Shown in pieces: positions 18,415 through 28,317 of a stretch of 64,000 bases of DNA. The notes beneath the pieces were generated by a model. It searched no databases. It had not been told where the DNA came from and saw only the letters and a list, made by a program, of their open reading frames with translations. Both the position numbers and the translations under genes were made by a program. The DNA comes from Candidatus Levyibacteriota bacterium (GTDB taxonomy: Bacteria > Patescibacteriota > Microgenomatia > Levybacterales > UBA12049). Where the stretch lies: assembly GCA_029260905.1 (NCBI GenBank), contig JAJDCH010000010.1, positions 13,027 to 77,026 of the forward strand, in the 5' to 3' direction. Every line of letters starts with the position of its first letter. Within the stretch, counting starts at the first letter, position 1.

Positions 18415-18714
18415 CTACTTAAGGCCCATGAGCATCTCGCGGAGTGTCTTTGGAGAATCATCTTTCTTTTTTTGATCATCTGCCTTTTTCTTCTTAACAG
18501 CAGTATAGGTAGAGGCGATTTTTTGTCTGTCCTGAAATTTTTGGATACGAGAGGCGCTATCAACGAATTTCTGCTCACCAGTATAGAATGGGTGGCAATC
18601 ATAGCAAAGCTCGACATGGATTTTTTCACGTGTGGAACCAACTGTAAATTTGTTGCCACAGATACAAATGACCTGTGTTTGATCAAAATATGTTGGATGA
18701 GCTTGCGCCTTCAT
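18415..18714 (-). CDS. rpmE: 50S ribosomal protein L31
   Basis: 'HPTYF...CICGNKF...[10 protein letters not shown]' and a Lys-rich C-terminal tail. Confidence 0.85.
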   Translation of the reverse strand: MKAQAHPTYFDQTQVICICGNKFTVGSTREKIHVELCYDCHPFYTGEQKFVDSASRIQKFQDRQKIASTYTAVKKKKADDQKKKDDSPKTLREMLMGLK

Positions 18715-18745
18715 AGTCTGTATATTATAGCTGAATTTGATTTTC

Positions 18746-18774
18746 TTGACAAGACATCTAAAAAGAACTAAAAT
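18746..18774 (+). promoter_or_regulatory. putative sigma70 promoter: TTGACA, 17 nt, TAAAAT
   Basis: Consensus -35 at 18746-18751, a 17-nt spacer, and -10 TAAAAT at 18769-18774. It lies 24 nt upstream of the 18798 start. This is the divergent region shared with rpmE. Confidence 0.45.
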
Positions 18775-18797
18775 AAAGGACTTATAGTTTGTAAATT

Positions 18798-19391
18798 ATG
18801 AGCAATTTGAAAGAAGGAGGATTAGCAAGTCCAGAAAGAAGAAAACCACCAATATTGACGCTTGGTCAATTAAGAATAGGAGATAAGATTGCAATTAGTG
18901 AATCAACAGCTTATCTTCTAAGAATTGCAGGTAGCATTGGCGCAGCAAGTCCTGAAGATGCTGTGCAAGAAGCTTTGGCTAAGTCGCTTAAGCCTTTGGG
19001 AAGAAAAAGTGAAAAAGATTTTGTTGATTATGGAGGTGACATAACGCCTTATCTTATAACTGCAATTAGAAGTGTTGTGATTCAAGGAGGTCGTGATGTG
19101 GCAAAAGGAGTCAAGACAGTAGATACGCCAATTGAGGATCTGCATTTTGTATCTGATCCTGGACAAGATGTTGCAGAACAAGTTGTTGATAGATTGGATG
19201 GAAGTGGGGTTGTTTCTGCTTTGACAAATGGAGAAATAGACCCGAAAATGTTAAAAGTTTTGGCTTTAAATGCAGAAGGGTATTCATATAAAGAAATAGC
19301 AGCAGAGTTGAACATTCCTATTGGCACTGTGATGAGCAGGCTTAGCAGAGGACGGGCTCATGCTAGAAGAATTCTTGAAAAGGTAGCATAA
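18798..19391 (+). CDS. sigma-70 region-4 (ECF-like HTH) domain protein
   Basis: The C-terminal 'LNAEGYSYKEIAAELNIPIGTVMSRLSRGRAHARRIL' is a sigma region 4 / LuxR-type HTH. The N-terminus is divergent. Confidence 0.55.
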   Translation: MSNLKEGGLASPERRKPPILTLGQLRIGDKIAISESTAYLLRIAGSIGAASPEDAVQEALAKSLKPLGRKSEKDFVDYGGDITPYLITAIRSVVIQGGRDVAKGVKTVDTPIEDLHFVSDPGQDVAEQVVDRLDGSGVVSALTNGEIDPKMLKVLALNAEGYSYKEIAAELNIPIGTVMSRLSRGRAHARRILEKVA

Positions 19392-19543
19392 ATATTATGA
19401 CAGATCATAAAGATATGGATGTGCTTAGTACAAAAAAGATTCTATGTGATAAGCTTATAAAAAAGTGATTATTTTACAGTTCAATATCGACTAAGCAGGG
19501 ATGGGTAACAGGCTTAGGCTTTCTTGAAATATTTTTTTAATTT

Positions 19544-20026
19544 ATGACTCCGGAGAATTTGCCAAGTATAACACAAGAGCTTGAGAAAAGGGGATGTGGC
19601 GAAAGATTATTTGGAAAAATAATTTTGGGAATTTCTGGAGTTACTGATATTTTATCTGAAAAAAAGAGAGAGTTTAATCGTAATAATTTTCCAAGAAGGG
19701 CAGAAATTCCTGATGTTGCAAATAAGAATGTCAAGAAAGACACTCTTGATGTAATCAGGCATGGAATCGTGGAAACCAGTTTGGGGTGGGATTATTCTGA
19801 TAGTAAGGTTGGGCAACTTAGTGTAATAAATCACAGTGCAATAATCATCTCTGTTAATATTAATTCGGGAACTATTTCTATACAAGGAGAAGGGCTGCAG
19901 GAGATAGAAAGAGAGAAATGGGAGAGTAGAGAGGGATATCAAATTTTAAATGATGCAATAGGAGAAGCAATGTTAAAGCCATGTCATTTCAGCTGGCCAC
20001 CCAGAAGTATAGGACAAAGGACTTAA
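19544..20026 (+). CDS. hypothetical protein
   Basis: 160 aa with no motif I recognise. Confidence 0.3.
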   Translation: MTPENLPSITQELEKRGCGERLFGKIILGISGVTDILSEKKREFNRNNFPRRAEIPDVANKNVKKDTLDVIRHGIVETSLGWDYSDSKVGQLSVINHSAIIISVNINSGTISIQGEGLQEIEREKWESREGYQILNDAIGEAMLKPCHFSWPPRSIGQRT

Positions 20027-20035
20027 ATTAAGGTA

Positions 20036-21232
20036 CTAATTTTTAATTTTATCTATTATTTCCTCAATACTTGCTTCTTCTTGCTCTCTGGTATTCATAT
20101 TTTTTAACATTAGCACATTCTTTTCAACCTCTTTTGGACCAAGCACCAAGACAAAGGGAATAGCTTTTTTATCAGCGTATTTGAGTTGTTTTTCCATCTT
20201 AGTTTCAGGATTAAGCCAAAGCTCAGTATTTATATTTTCTGCGCGAAGAAAAGATGCGATTTCTGCTGACTTATCTGCGTGTTCTAAATCAAAAATTGTG
20301 ACAAGTACTTTTGTTTTGTTAAGATCATCTGGAAAAAGATTAAGCTCAGTCATCGCCTCAATTATTCGATCAAAACCAAATGAAAAACCAACAGCCGGGA
20401 AGTCCTGATTTGAGAACATTCCAATTAAATTATCATATCGTCCTCCGCCACCCAATGATCCAGCAGGATAATCTGGGGATTCGACCTCAATTATTGTTCC
20501 AGTATAGTAGTCAAGACCGCGAGCTAAAGTGGGGGAGAATTGAAGTTTTTCGCGGTCTATACCCATTCTAGTTGCAACTTTTATAGTTAGATCTAGTGAT
20601 TCTGAGGGTAGTGTATTTTGAATTTTATCAAGAATTTGTGGGTCAAATCCTGCTTTTTCTAGTTCTATCTTTACATTTTCTGCTCCTATTTTTTTTAGCT
20701 TATCAATTATGGTTATTGCCCTTTGTGGAATATTTGAAAATGTAGAACGGTCATTTAGAAGGATTTTAAAGTTTTTAAATCCCAATTTTTCAAAAGCATT
20801 GGTAGCAATTGCTATTATTTCAGCATCAGCTGAATTTTTGTCTGATCCGATTGTATCAATATCGCACTGGAGAAACTCACGGTATCTACCCTTTTGGGGC
20901 TTATCTGCCCTGAAAACAGATTGGATTTGATATCTCTTGAAGGGAAGAGAGATTTCGTTTTGATACTCAGCTATAACTCTTGCCAAAGGAACGGTCTGAT
21001 CATATCTGAGGGCGACTCGGCGACCGCCATTGTCTTCAAATCGATACATCAGCTTATCGCCTTCATCTCCATATTTTCCAGTAAGAATCTCTTCGTACTC
21101 TAGAGTGGGTGTTTCTAAGGGCTCAAAACCGTAGGATTCAAAAACAGATCTGAGGGTTTGGATAACAAACTGCCTTTTTTTGGCCATGACGGGGAGAAAA
21201 TCTCTAAAACCTTTTAGTGTCTGCGGTTTCAT
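20036..21232 (-). CDS. hisS: histidine--tRNA ligase
   Basis: 'MKPQTLKGFRDFLP' is the HisRS N-terminal motif. There is a class-II core and an anticodon-binding C-terminus. Confidence 0.9.
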   Translation of the reverse strand: MKPQTLKGFRDFLPVMAKKRQFVIQTLRSVFESYGFEPLETPTLEYEEILTGKYGDEGDKLMYRFEDNGGRRVALRYDQTVPLARVIAEYQNEISLPFKRYQIQSVFRADKPQKGRYREFLQCDIDTIGSDKNSADAEIIAIATNAFEKLGFKNFKILLNDRSTFSNIPQRAITIIDKLKKIGAENVKIELEKAGFDPQILDKIQNTLPSESLDLTIKVATRMGIDREKLQFSPTLARGLDYYTGTIIEVESPDYPAGSLGGGGRYDNLIGMFSNQDFPAVGFSFGFDRIIEAMTELNLFPDDLNKTKVLVTIFDLEHADKSAEIASFLRAENINTELWLNPETKMEKQLKYADKKAIPFVLVLGPKEVEKNVLMLKNMNTREQEEASIEEIIDKIKN

Positions 21233-21262
21233 GTTTTTATTTTAACACAAACAAAGTATGTT

Positions 21263-22372
21263 TTATATTTCAACAAGCTCTCGTGGTGAGTGGGTGATTT
21301 GTTCTAGTTTATTATTTTGGATTGCGAAGATGTCTTCGATGCGGATGCCAAATTTGCCCTGCAGGTAGATTCCTGGCTCGATTGAGAAAACCATACCTTC
21401 TGCTAGTTTATCTTTTGAATTTGGGGAAAGTCTTGGGTTTTCATGCACTTGAAGTCCAATTCCATGACCAAGTGAGTGAGGGATGGTCGGGAAGCTGTTT
21501 TTTGTGATGTGGTCACGAGCAGCTTTGTCTGGGCTTGAGGCCTTAGGCCCTCCTACCTTAGAGGTTATAAGTGTTAAGTTATGAGTTATAAGTTCGATTG
21601 CTGTGTTTTGTGATGTGAGAACTGTCTCATAGGCTTTTTTTTGCTCGCTGTCTGCTTTTCCGAAAAAGATGGTTCTTGTCATGTCAGAGCAGTAGTTGTT
21701 TAGCTTCACTCCAAAATCCATAAGTATGAAAGTGTTTTTCTTTAAGCGTTTATTTGTCGGTTTGTGATGGGGGTGGGCTGCATTCTCACCAAAAGCGACA
21801 ATTGTCGCGAAAGAAGGATCAACGCAGTTTATTCCCATCAGATTTTCTATTTCATAGGCCAGTCTTTTTTCTGTAACTCCTGTCTTTAAAACTGAGAGAA
21901 TTTGAGAATAAATTTTATCACCCATCTGGCAAGCTTTTTTGATAAATTCAATTTCGCTTTTGTCTTTTATTAATCTTAATTTTTCAACCAGTAAAGCTGG
22001 AATTAAATTTTTCTTGTCTATATTTTTGAAAAGATTTTCGTATTCAAAAACAGTCATGTCAGCTGATTCAAAACCAAGCGTTTTTATTTTGTGTTTTTTT
22101 ATCAGTTTTTCCAATTGCTCACCTGTTGGATTGTCGCGTGATGTTTGGATCAGTTTAAAATTTTTGATTGCCTTCTTGACAGCCTCCTTGTAAATTCCAT
22201 GTGTGAAAATGTATTGATCAGTTTTTGTTATCAGCAAAAAAGCGTCGCGGTCTTCATTGCTGAATCCTGAAAAGTTAGTTAGATAGGTGATATTTGGGAT
22301 GCTAGATATAAAAATCGCATCAAGATTTTTTACTGCAATTAGCCTTTTTATTTTTTTGAGGCGATTATCCAT
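21263..22372 (-). CDS. pepP: M24-family Xaa-Pro aminopeptidase
   Basis: Creatinase-like N-terminal domain. The 'HGIGLQVHE' and 'IEPGIY' metal-ligand motifs are M24 signatures. Confidence 0.8.
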   Translation of the reverse strand: MDNRLKKIKRLIAVKNLDAIFISSIPNITYLTNFSGFSNEDRDAFLLITKTDQYIFTHGIYKEAVKKAIKNFKLIQTSRDNPTGEQLEKLIKKHKIKTLGFESADMTVFEYENLFKNIDKKNLIPALLVEKLRLIKDKSEIEFIKKACQMGDKIYSQILSVLKTGVTEKRLAYEIENLMGINCVDPSFATIVAFGENAAHPHHKPTNKRLKKNTFILMDFGVKLNNYCSDMTRTIFFGKADSEQKKAYETVLTSQNTAIELITHNLTLITSKVGGPKASSPDKAARDHITKNSFPTIPHSLGHGIGLQVHENPRLSPNSKDKLAEGMVFSIEPGIYLQGKFGIRIEDIFAIQNNKLEQITHSPRELVEI

Positions 22373-23160
22373 TATGGAATTTTTGTTGGAACAGGTGTTG
22401 AAACCTTTATTGGTTTTGTAGGTTCAATTGATGGCTCAGGAATGGATATATTTATAAGAGGATTTGCTGGGACATCGGAAAAAATTGTTACGCGATCTGA
22501 TACCAAGAGGCTTGCATCATCCTTATCAGGGAATCCAATTGCTGTAAGTCGGTTGCCAACTTCAACATCAGAAAATCCTATATCTTCTAACTCGTCATCA
22601 TTAATTAAGTAAGAGGCTATGTCTGTGCTGGTTACAATATCAAGTTTGATTGTCTTTCCATCCTCCTTTGCAAGTGTGATGATAAAGTTTTTACTATCAA
22701 TGTCTGTTATGGTACCTCTTACAAATGTCGGATCAACTGTCACATCAACGAAGCGTGCTAAAAGTCTCTTGGTTTGTTTATTAAAAAGACCAAGCGCTCT
22801 TACGCTCATTCCTTTTTTAAGATCAGAGAATCCAAAAGAATCTTCATCGGGGGATGTAAATTTTGTTATTTCATCAACATCAACAAATTTTGAATTTCCA
22901 TTTTGATCCTTGAGGGTAATTTTGCTTGCTGATAGTTCTGTTATCACACCAATAGTTCCTCTTTTTTCGACTAAATTTAATTTAGATACATTTGATGCTA
23001 TTTTGTCTTTTAGCTCATTTATCTGCTCGCCAATTTTTTCATTTATTATATTGTTTGATGGAGCAGCGGTAGGTGATTCATCGGATGACGCAACAGCTAT
23101 TTGTGCAAAGGCAAAACAAAAGATTGTCAGAATTGAAAATATTTTAAGCGTTTTCTTCAT
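22372..23160 (-). CDS. hypothetical secreted protein
   Basis: N-terminal signal peptide 'MKKTLKIFSILTIFCFAFAQIAVA' and a Pro/Thr-rich C-terminus. Confidence 0.4.
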   Translation of the reverse strand: MKKTLKIFSILTIFCFAFAQIAVASSDESPTAAPSNNIINEKIGEQINELKDKIASNVSKLNLVEKRGTIGVITELSASKITLKDQNGNSKFVDVDEITKFTSPDEDSFGFSDLKKGMSVRALGLFNKQTKRLLARFVDVTVDPTFVRGTITDIDSKNFIITLAKEDGKTIKLDIVTSTDIASYLINDDELEDIGFSDVEVGNRLTAIGFPDKDDASLLVSDRVTIFSDVPANPLINISIPEPSIEPTKPIKVSTPVPTKIP

Positions 23161-23162
23161 AA

Positions 23163-23588
23163 CTAGAACTCCTCAGTTGTAAATGTGACTGTTCTTGTTT
23201 CCTGTTTTTCTCGACCGTCTTCAAAAATTGCTGTAATATACATTATACTAGTTCCTTGAGGAATTGTTTGGGTTGCCGTGAAATTTCCGTTTGATGCTGG
23301 TTTTATTACTTCATCAGAATCCTCAGTAGATATTTGGATAATAGCACCTGGTGTTGTTTTGCCTGAAATTGTGACAAGTCTCTTGCTAAATACCTCTTCG
23401 TCTTTTGGGCTTTGAATGACAAGTATGTTTGTGTCTTCTGGAGTTGGTGTAGGATTTAAAGATTCAATTGCTTTTTTGTTTTCCTCAGGCACAATCTGAG
23501 TAAGTTGATAGATGTAGAAAGCTCCTCCGGCAGCAATAAGCCCGATTAATACAGCGACAAAGGAGAGTACAATTTTTTCTGCTTTCAT
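23163..23588 (-). CDS. hypothetical membrane-anchored protein, possibly with an Ig-like beta domain
   Basis: A single N-terminal transmembrane segment followed by a region rich in Thr and Ser and likely beta-strand. Confidence 0.4.
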   Translation of the reverse strand: MKAEKIVLSFVAVLIGLIAAGGAFYIYQLTQIVPEENKKAIESLNPTPTPEDTNILVIQSPKDEEVFSKRLVTISGKTTPGAIIQISTEDSDEVIKPASNGNFTATQTIPQGTSIMYITAIFEDGREKQETRTVTFTTEEF

Positions 23589-23715
23589 ATAGTTTAGTTT
23601 AGCCCTTTAAATTAACAAAAATAAATTCAATACTGCACGGGGTCAGGTCAGTGCGGGTGTTTTTTATGATACGATAATTGTGATCTCTTGTCAAGAAATA
23701 TAGATTTATGTTAGT

Positions 23716-24195
23716 ATGAGTTTCATGGAAATATCTATTGTTGCAAAATCAAAACTCAACCTCAAGGGCAAAAATGCAAGCATTTCAGTGACAGAAGGCG
23801 AGAGGGGATTTCTACTTGCGCCTCAGGATGTAGAGATGGAAATAAATGGACCAGGTGAGTATGAAATAGCTGGTGTAAAAGTTTCAGGAACAGCAGCAGT
23901 TCCAGATACTGTTTATGATTTTAAAATTGATGGTATTGTTGTGATGCTTGGAAAAATTGGATCTCTTTTTAAATTCCACCAAAAATTAAAAGAAGCAAAC
24001 ATATTGATTGTTTCCTGTGATGAGGATATGGAAATTGGCTTTATTACATCAATTGTTTCAAACGTGATTATTTTTACAGGTGATAAGGCAAAAGAGCTTA
24101 GTAAAAAGTTTGGCAAAGAATCATTAAGCATGTCCAAGTATCAGACAAAACTTGAAAAGTTACCCGCTGAAATTGAAACAATTATATTGGAGTAG
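23716..24195 (+). CDS. hypothetical protein
   Basis: 159 aa with no confident motif. Confidence 0.35.
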   Translation: MSFMEISIVAKSKLNLKGKNASISVTEGERGFLLAPQDVEMEINGPGEYEIAGVKVSGTAAVPDTVYDFKIDGIVVMLGKIGSLFKFHQKLKEANILIVSCDEDMEIGFITSIVSNVIIFTGDKAKELSKKFGKESLSMSKYQTKLEKLPAEIETIILE

Positions 24196-24204
24196 AAATG
24201 AGTT

Positions 24205-25536
24205 ATGGCAGGAAAAACTCTCCCCAACAGTATTGATGCCGAAAGATCGGTTTTAGGCGCAATTGTCATCGATAAAGATGCGATAATTGGTGTTTCTGAA
24301 ATTCTCAAGCCAAGCGACTTTTATAGCGACCTTAATGGGATTATTTATAGCGCTATGATGGTGCTTTATGAAGAAAGAAAGCCAATTGATCTTCTGACTC
24401 TTACTGACCAGCTAAAAAAAGATAAAAAACTAAAAAAAGTAGATTCATCTTATCTTACAGATTTGGTTGAGGAAGTGCCAAGCGCTGCCAATGCAACTGA
24501 GTATGCAAAGATAATACGGGAAAATTCAACAAAGAGATCTCTGATAAAAGCAAGCATGGAAATATCTGATATTGCCCATGAAGAAAACATTAATACAAAA
24601 GAGGTCTTGGACAGAGCTGAATCTGCGATTTTTTCAATATCGCAGGGTCATTTATCTCGTGGATTTATCGCAATTAAAGAAACACTAACTGAGAGCTTTG
24701 ATAGAATTGATGAATTGCAGAAAACTGGTGAGGGAATGCGAGGCGTGAGAACAGGTTTTGCTGATCTTGACAAGATTTTGTCTGGAATGCAAAAATCCAA
24801 TTTGATTATTCTTGCAGCACGTCCTGGTCAGGGAAAAACAGCAATGGTTCTTAATATCGCACAAGCAATAGCCTCAAGGGACAAAAAGCCGGTTGGGATT
24901 TTTTCACTTGAAATGAGTAAGGAAGAGCTGGTTGACCGTCTGCTTATTGCTGAATCAGATGTGGATGCTTGGAAGCTAAAGACGGGACAACTAAACGATG
25001 ATGACTTTTCCAATTTATCAAGCGCCATGGGATCTCTTGCTGAAGCGCCTCTTTTTATTGATGATACACCAGGCCTGTCACTAACTGAGATGAGGAGTAA
25101 GGCCAGAAGGCTTCAGCTTGAGCATAACTTGTCACTTCTTATTGTTGATTATTTACAGCTTGTTGAACCAGGAAGACGTTATGACAGTAGGGTTCAGGAG
25201 GTCTCAATGGTTTCACAAGCTCTTAAAAACCTAGCGCGTGAGTTAAATATTCCAGTTCTTGCTGCATCACAGCTTAATAGATCAGTTGAGCATAGGGGTG
25301 GGGAGAAGAGGCCGCAACTTGCTGATCTTCGTGAAAGTGGGGCTATAGAGCAGGATGCTGACGTCGTGATGTTTCTTTATAGACCCGATGCAGAAGCAAC
25401 GGGAACACATATTCCAACCAAGCTTCTTATCGCCAAACACAGAAATGGTCCAACAGGTGAGATAGATCTTCTTTTCCGCGGAAACCGCATCCGCTTCCAG
25501 GATGTTGAGAAGAAAAGAGAGAATGAAAATAAATAA
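24205..25536 (+). CDS. dnaB: replicative DNA helicase
   Basis: N-terminal 'ERSVLGAIVIDKDAI', Walker A 'ARPGQGKTAMVLNIA', and DnaB C-terminal motifs. Confidence 0.9.
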   Translation: MAGKTLPNSIDAERSVLGAIVIDKDAIIGVSEILKPSDFYSDLNGIIYSAMMVLYEERKPIDLLTLTDQLKKDKKLKKVDSSYLTDLVEEVPSAANATEYAKIIRENSTKRSLIKASMEISDIAHEENINTKEVLDRAESAIFSISQGHLSRGFIAIKETLTESFDRIDELQKTGEGMRGVRTGFADLDKILSGMQKSNLIILAARPGQGKTAMVLNIAQAIASRDKKPVGIFSLEMSKEELVDRLLIAESDVDAWKLKTGQLNDDDFSNLSSAMGSLAEAPLFIDDTPGLSLTEMRSKARRLQLEHNLSLLIVDYLQLVEPGRRYDSRVQEVSMVSQALKNLARELNIPVLAASQLNRSVEHRGGEKRPQLADLRESGAIEQDADVVMFLYRPDAEATGTHIPTKLLIAKHRNGPTGEIDLLFRGNRIRFQDVEKKRENENK

Positions 25537-26407
25537 AGGAATTATTGCTCTTATACTTCTGGCGCTTATAGCTTCATCAATGGGTTTTTATGCAAGGCAC
25601 TTAAATACTGGTTTTTCTACATTTCAGCAAGTTTATTTAAGAGTTGGAGTCGGGTTTTTGTTTAGTTTGTTTATCTTTGGGTCTGGTATAAATTTTAAAA
25701 AATTAATAAAACTTCCCTTAAAAGAGTGGGGAATTTTGATCTTTCGCGCACTATCTTATTATGTGCTTGGTGTTGGTTTTTTTACAATAGCAATTAACAT
25801 TACAAAATACAGTAATGTTTACTTCATCGCAGCGATGCCTCTGATAGCGTTTTTTGGAGTCTTGATATTTAAAGAAAGAATGACACTAAAAAAGTTATTA
25901 TTTATTCTTACTGCTTTTATGGGAGTTTTATTGATAGGGGTCGATGATTTCTCAAAAATTTTTGAATGGGGAAGGGGAGAGGTCTTAGCGCTTATTTCTG
26001 AAATCGCATTTGCGATTGCCTTCATAACAAGAAGGTGGCAGAGTAATATTTTGACAAACAAAGAAATAACACAGCTAATGCTTTTAATTGCTTTTTTGCT
26101 ATTGATTGGTACATCTTTTTTCCTTGGCGAGGGTTTGATTTCATTTGAATGGAATCTTGCAACTTTTTTGGTTGTGATGGCCTCAGGATTATCGAATACT
26201 TTTTTTGTTTTTCTTTCAAACTATGGATTTAAGCATGTTAAAGCTTTAATCGCGAACAACATCATGATGCTACAGGCAGTATTTGCTTTGATTTTGGGGT
26301 TTGTCATATATAAAGAGATACCAATTCTTAAAGAGCTTGTTGGAGGATTAATAGTTATTTTAAGCGCAATAGCGATAAATAGTTTGGAAAGGAAAAAGAA
26401 GGCTTAG
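25523..26407 (+). CDS. DMT/EamA-family transporter
   Basis: About 10 transmembrane helices in two EamA-like halves. The start is chosen at the internal Met 25523. Confidence 0.65.
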   Translation: MKINKGIIALILLALIASSMGFYARHLNTGFSTFQQVYLRVGVGFLFSLFIFGSGINFKKLIKLPLKEWGILIFRALSYYVLGVGFFTIAINITKYSNVYFIAAMPLIAFFGVLIFKERMTLKKLLFILTAFMGVLLIGVDDFSKIFEWGRGEVLALISEIAFAIAFITRRWQSNILTNKEITQLMLLIAFLLLIGTSFFLGEGLISFEWNLATFLVVMASGLSNTFFVFLSNYGFKHVKALIANNIMMLQAVFALILGFVIYKEIPILKELVGGLIVILSAIAINSLERKKKA

Positions 26408-26502
26408 GTGTTTTCTATAGCCTCAGCTAGAAAATGGGGTTTATCTGATTGTAGCTCTTCTGATCCAATGTAATTAAAAGCTTTAATAAATAAGATATCC
26501 TT

Positions 26503-26537
26503 AAGAGGAGCCGATTTATCGACTCCTCTTTTTTCTT
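26503..26537 (+). terminator. putative rho-independent terminator
   Basis: Hairpin aagaggagccgat/atcgactcctctt with a stem of about 13 bp, followed by a T-run (ttttttc). Confidence 0.4.
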
Positions 26538-26560
26538 TCAAATTTTCAATAAATCCTAAA

Positions 26561-26884
26561 CTACTGAGTAGGATTTGGATTGTTTGGATCCTGAGCTGGT
26601 GCTTCAGGCATACCATCTGTTGGCGGTGTTGAATCACCACCTGGTACTTCTGGCGTAGCTGGTGCTGGCGCTTCAACAGGTGTTGCTGGCTGCTCAGAAG
26701 GCGTACCTGGCTCGGGTGTTGGCATTCCTGTGTCCACATCTCCTACTGGAGGAGTGGGTGTAGGTGCGCTTGGTTCTGGAGTTCCTCCTCCGAATCCGCC
26801 TGTTGGTTGTCCTGGATCTGCTGGCGCAGTAGGTGCTGGATCTTGAGTTGGTACTCCTCCTTGGTTGTTATTTTGATCGTCCAT
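26561..26884 (-). CDS. Pro/Thr/Glu-rich low-complexity protein
   Basis: 107 aa, 'PTPEPGTPSEQPATPVEAPAPATPEVPGG...'. A strong SD (GGAGGTGA) lies 7 nt upstream. The segment is locally GC-rich. Confidence 0.5.
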   Translation of the reverse strand: MDDQNNNQGGVPTQDPAPTAPADPGQPTGGFGGGTPEPSAPTPTPPVGDVDTGMPTPEPGTPSEQPATPVEAPAPATPEVPGGDSTPPTDGMPEAPAQDPNNPNPTQ

Positions 26885-26965
26885 ATAATCACCTCCCTTC
26901 TTTTTGGGTTCTATTTTATACTAGATATAAAAAATTGATATGTCAATGATGGGGGGACAAAACAA

Positions 26966-28261
26966 GTGATAAATGCTAAAATTAAGATAAGAATGCTTCA
27001 AAAAATTAAGAAATTTTTCTATTTTCCTGTTGCATCATATTTTCGATTTTTTGCAAAAATACGTTTGCGAAGATGGAACCCGAAAATTATTGTAGTCACA
27101 GGATCAAACGGAAAAACAACCCTTCTCCACATGCTTGATGCTCAGATTGGGGATAGGGCTTTGTATTCATATCATGCAAATAGCAGTTTTGGAGTGCCAT
27201 TTGATGTTTTGGATTTGCACCGCATGAGTCTTTTGAGAAAAGAATGGTTTTGGCTTATTTTTAAAGCTCCCATTCATGCTTTCAAAAAATCTCCAAAACA
27301 AGAAATATATATAGTAGAGGCAGACTGTGACAGAGCAGGAGAAGGAAGATTTTTGGCAGAATTTTTAAGACCAGATGTTTGCTTGTGGGTTAGTGTTTCC
27401 AAAACACATGCATTGGGATTTGAAGATTCAGTTGGTAAAAAATTTGAAACAGTAGAAGAGGCAATAGCTTTTGAGTATGGATATTTTCTAGAATACTGCA
27501 AAGGCTTTGCAGTAATTGATGGGGGATCAGTGCTCATGAAGAGTCAGGCAGAAAGAACCACAGCTGATGTCATAGAAGTATCAAGAGATGTTTTAACCAG
27601 TTATAGAGTAGATAATGATGGTACAAGATTTGAAATAGGTGGTATGAAATATTTTCTATCCGCGCTTTTGCCTGATGTTAGTTTTGTTTCAATTTTGATG
27701 TGTTTAAAAGTGGCAAATTTTCTTGGAATTCCTTTTGATAGCAAATTTTCAAATTTTAAAAACCCACCTGGTAGGGGATCAATATTTGATGGGGTAAAAG
27801 ATATCACAATTATTGATAGTAGTTATAATGCAAATCCCAAGTCTATATCTGCTACTCTTTCTATGTTTAGTAAATTTGAAGGAATTGATAAGTTTTTAGT
27901 AATTGGTGATATGCTTGAAATGGGAAATTCTGAAAAAACTGAACATGAGAAACTTGCTGATGAAATTGCAAAGTATAAATTTAAAAAAATATTTTATCTA
28001 GGGCCACGCATTAAGAAATATACAGTTCCTAAATTGAAAAATTTACTTGGAGATAAAATATTTGTTAGTGGATCAGAAAATCCTGCTGAGGTTTTGAAAA
28101 TCTTAAAAGATAATATAAAGGGGAGAGAGATAATACTTTTTAAAGGCGCGCGTTTTATGGAGGGAATAATTGAGAATCTTTTAAAAAATAAATCCGACAT
28201 CCAAAAGCTTCCCAGACGCGAAAAGATCTGGGATAAAAGAAGAAAAGCTTTCGGGCTTTAA
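26966..28261 (+). CDS. Mur ligase family protein, MurF-like and lacking the usual N-terminal domain
   Basis: The P-loop 'VVTGSNGKTTLLHML' is only about 45 aa from the N-terminus. 'DSSYNANPKS' matches the MurF DDSYNANP motif. Confidence 0.65.
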   Translation: MINAKIKIRMLQKIKKFFYFPVASYFRFFAKIRLRRWNPKIIVVTGSNGKTTLLHMLDAQIGDRALYSYHANSSFGVPFDVLDLHRMSLLRKEWFWLIFKAPIHAFKKSPKQEIYIVEADCDRAGEGRFLAEFLRPDVCLWVSVSKTHALGFEDSVGKKFETVEEAIAFEYGYFLEYCKGFAVIDGGSVLMKSQAERTTADVIEVSRDVLTSYRVDNDGTRFEIGGMKYFLSALLPDVSFVSILMCLKVANFLGIPFDSKFSNFKNPPGRGSIFDGVKDITIIDSSYNANPKSISATLSMFSKFEGIDKFLVIGDMLEMGNSEKTEHEKLADEIAKYKFKKIFYLGPRIKKYTVPKLKNLLGDKIFVSGSENPAEVLKILKDNIKGREIILFKGARFMEGIIENLLKNKSDIQKLPRREKIWDKRRKAFGL

Positions 28262-28317
28262 ATTTATAATTTTGAATTTGTTTGTAATTTAGAAATTAAA
28301 GTTTGGTATTTTAATTT

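Noticed and set aside
23625-23665. Hairpin plus T-run (ctgcacggggtcaggtcagtgcgggtgtttttt) looks like a rho-independent terminator.
   Set aside because: No upstream plus-strand gene ends here, because the flanking genes are divergent. It may be an attenuator or promoter-proximal structure, but it cannot be called a terminator.
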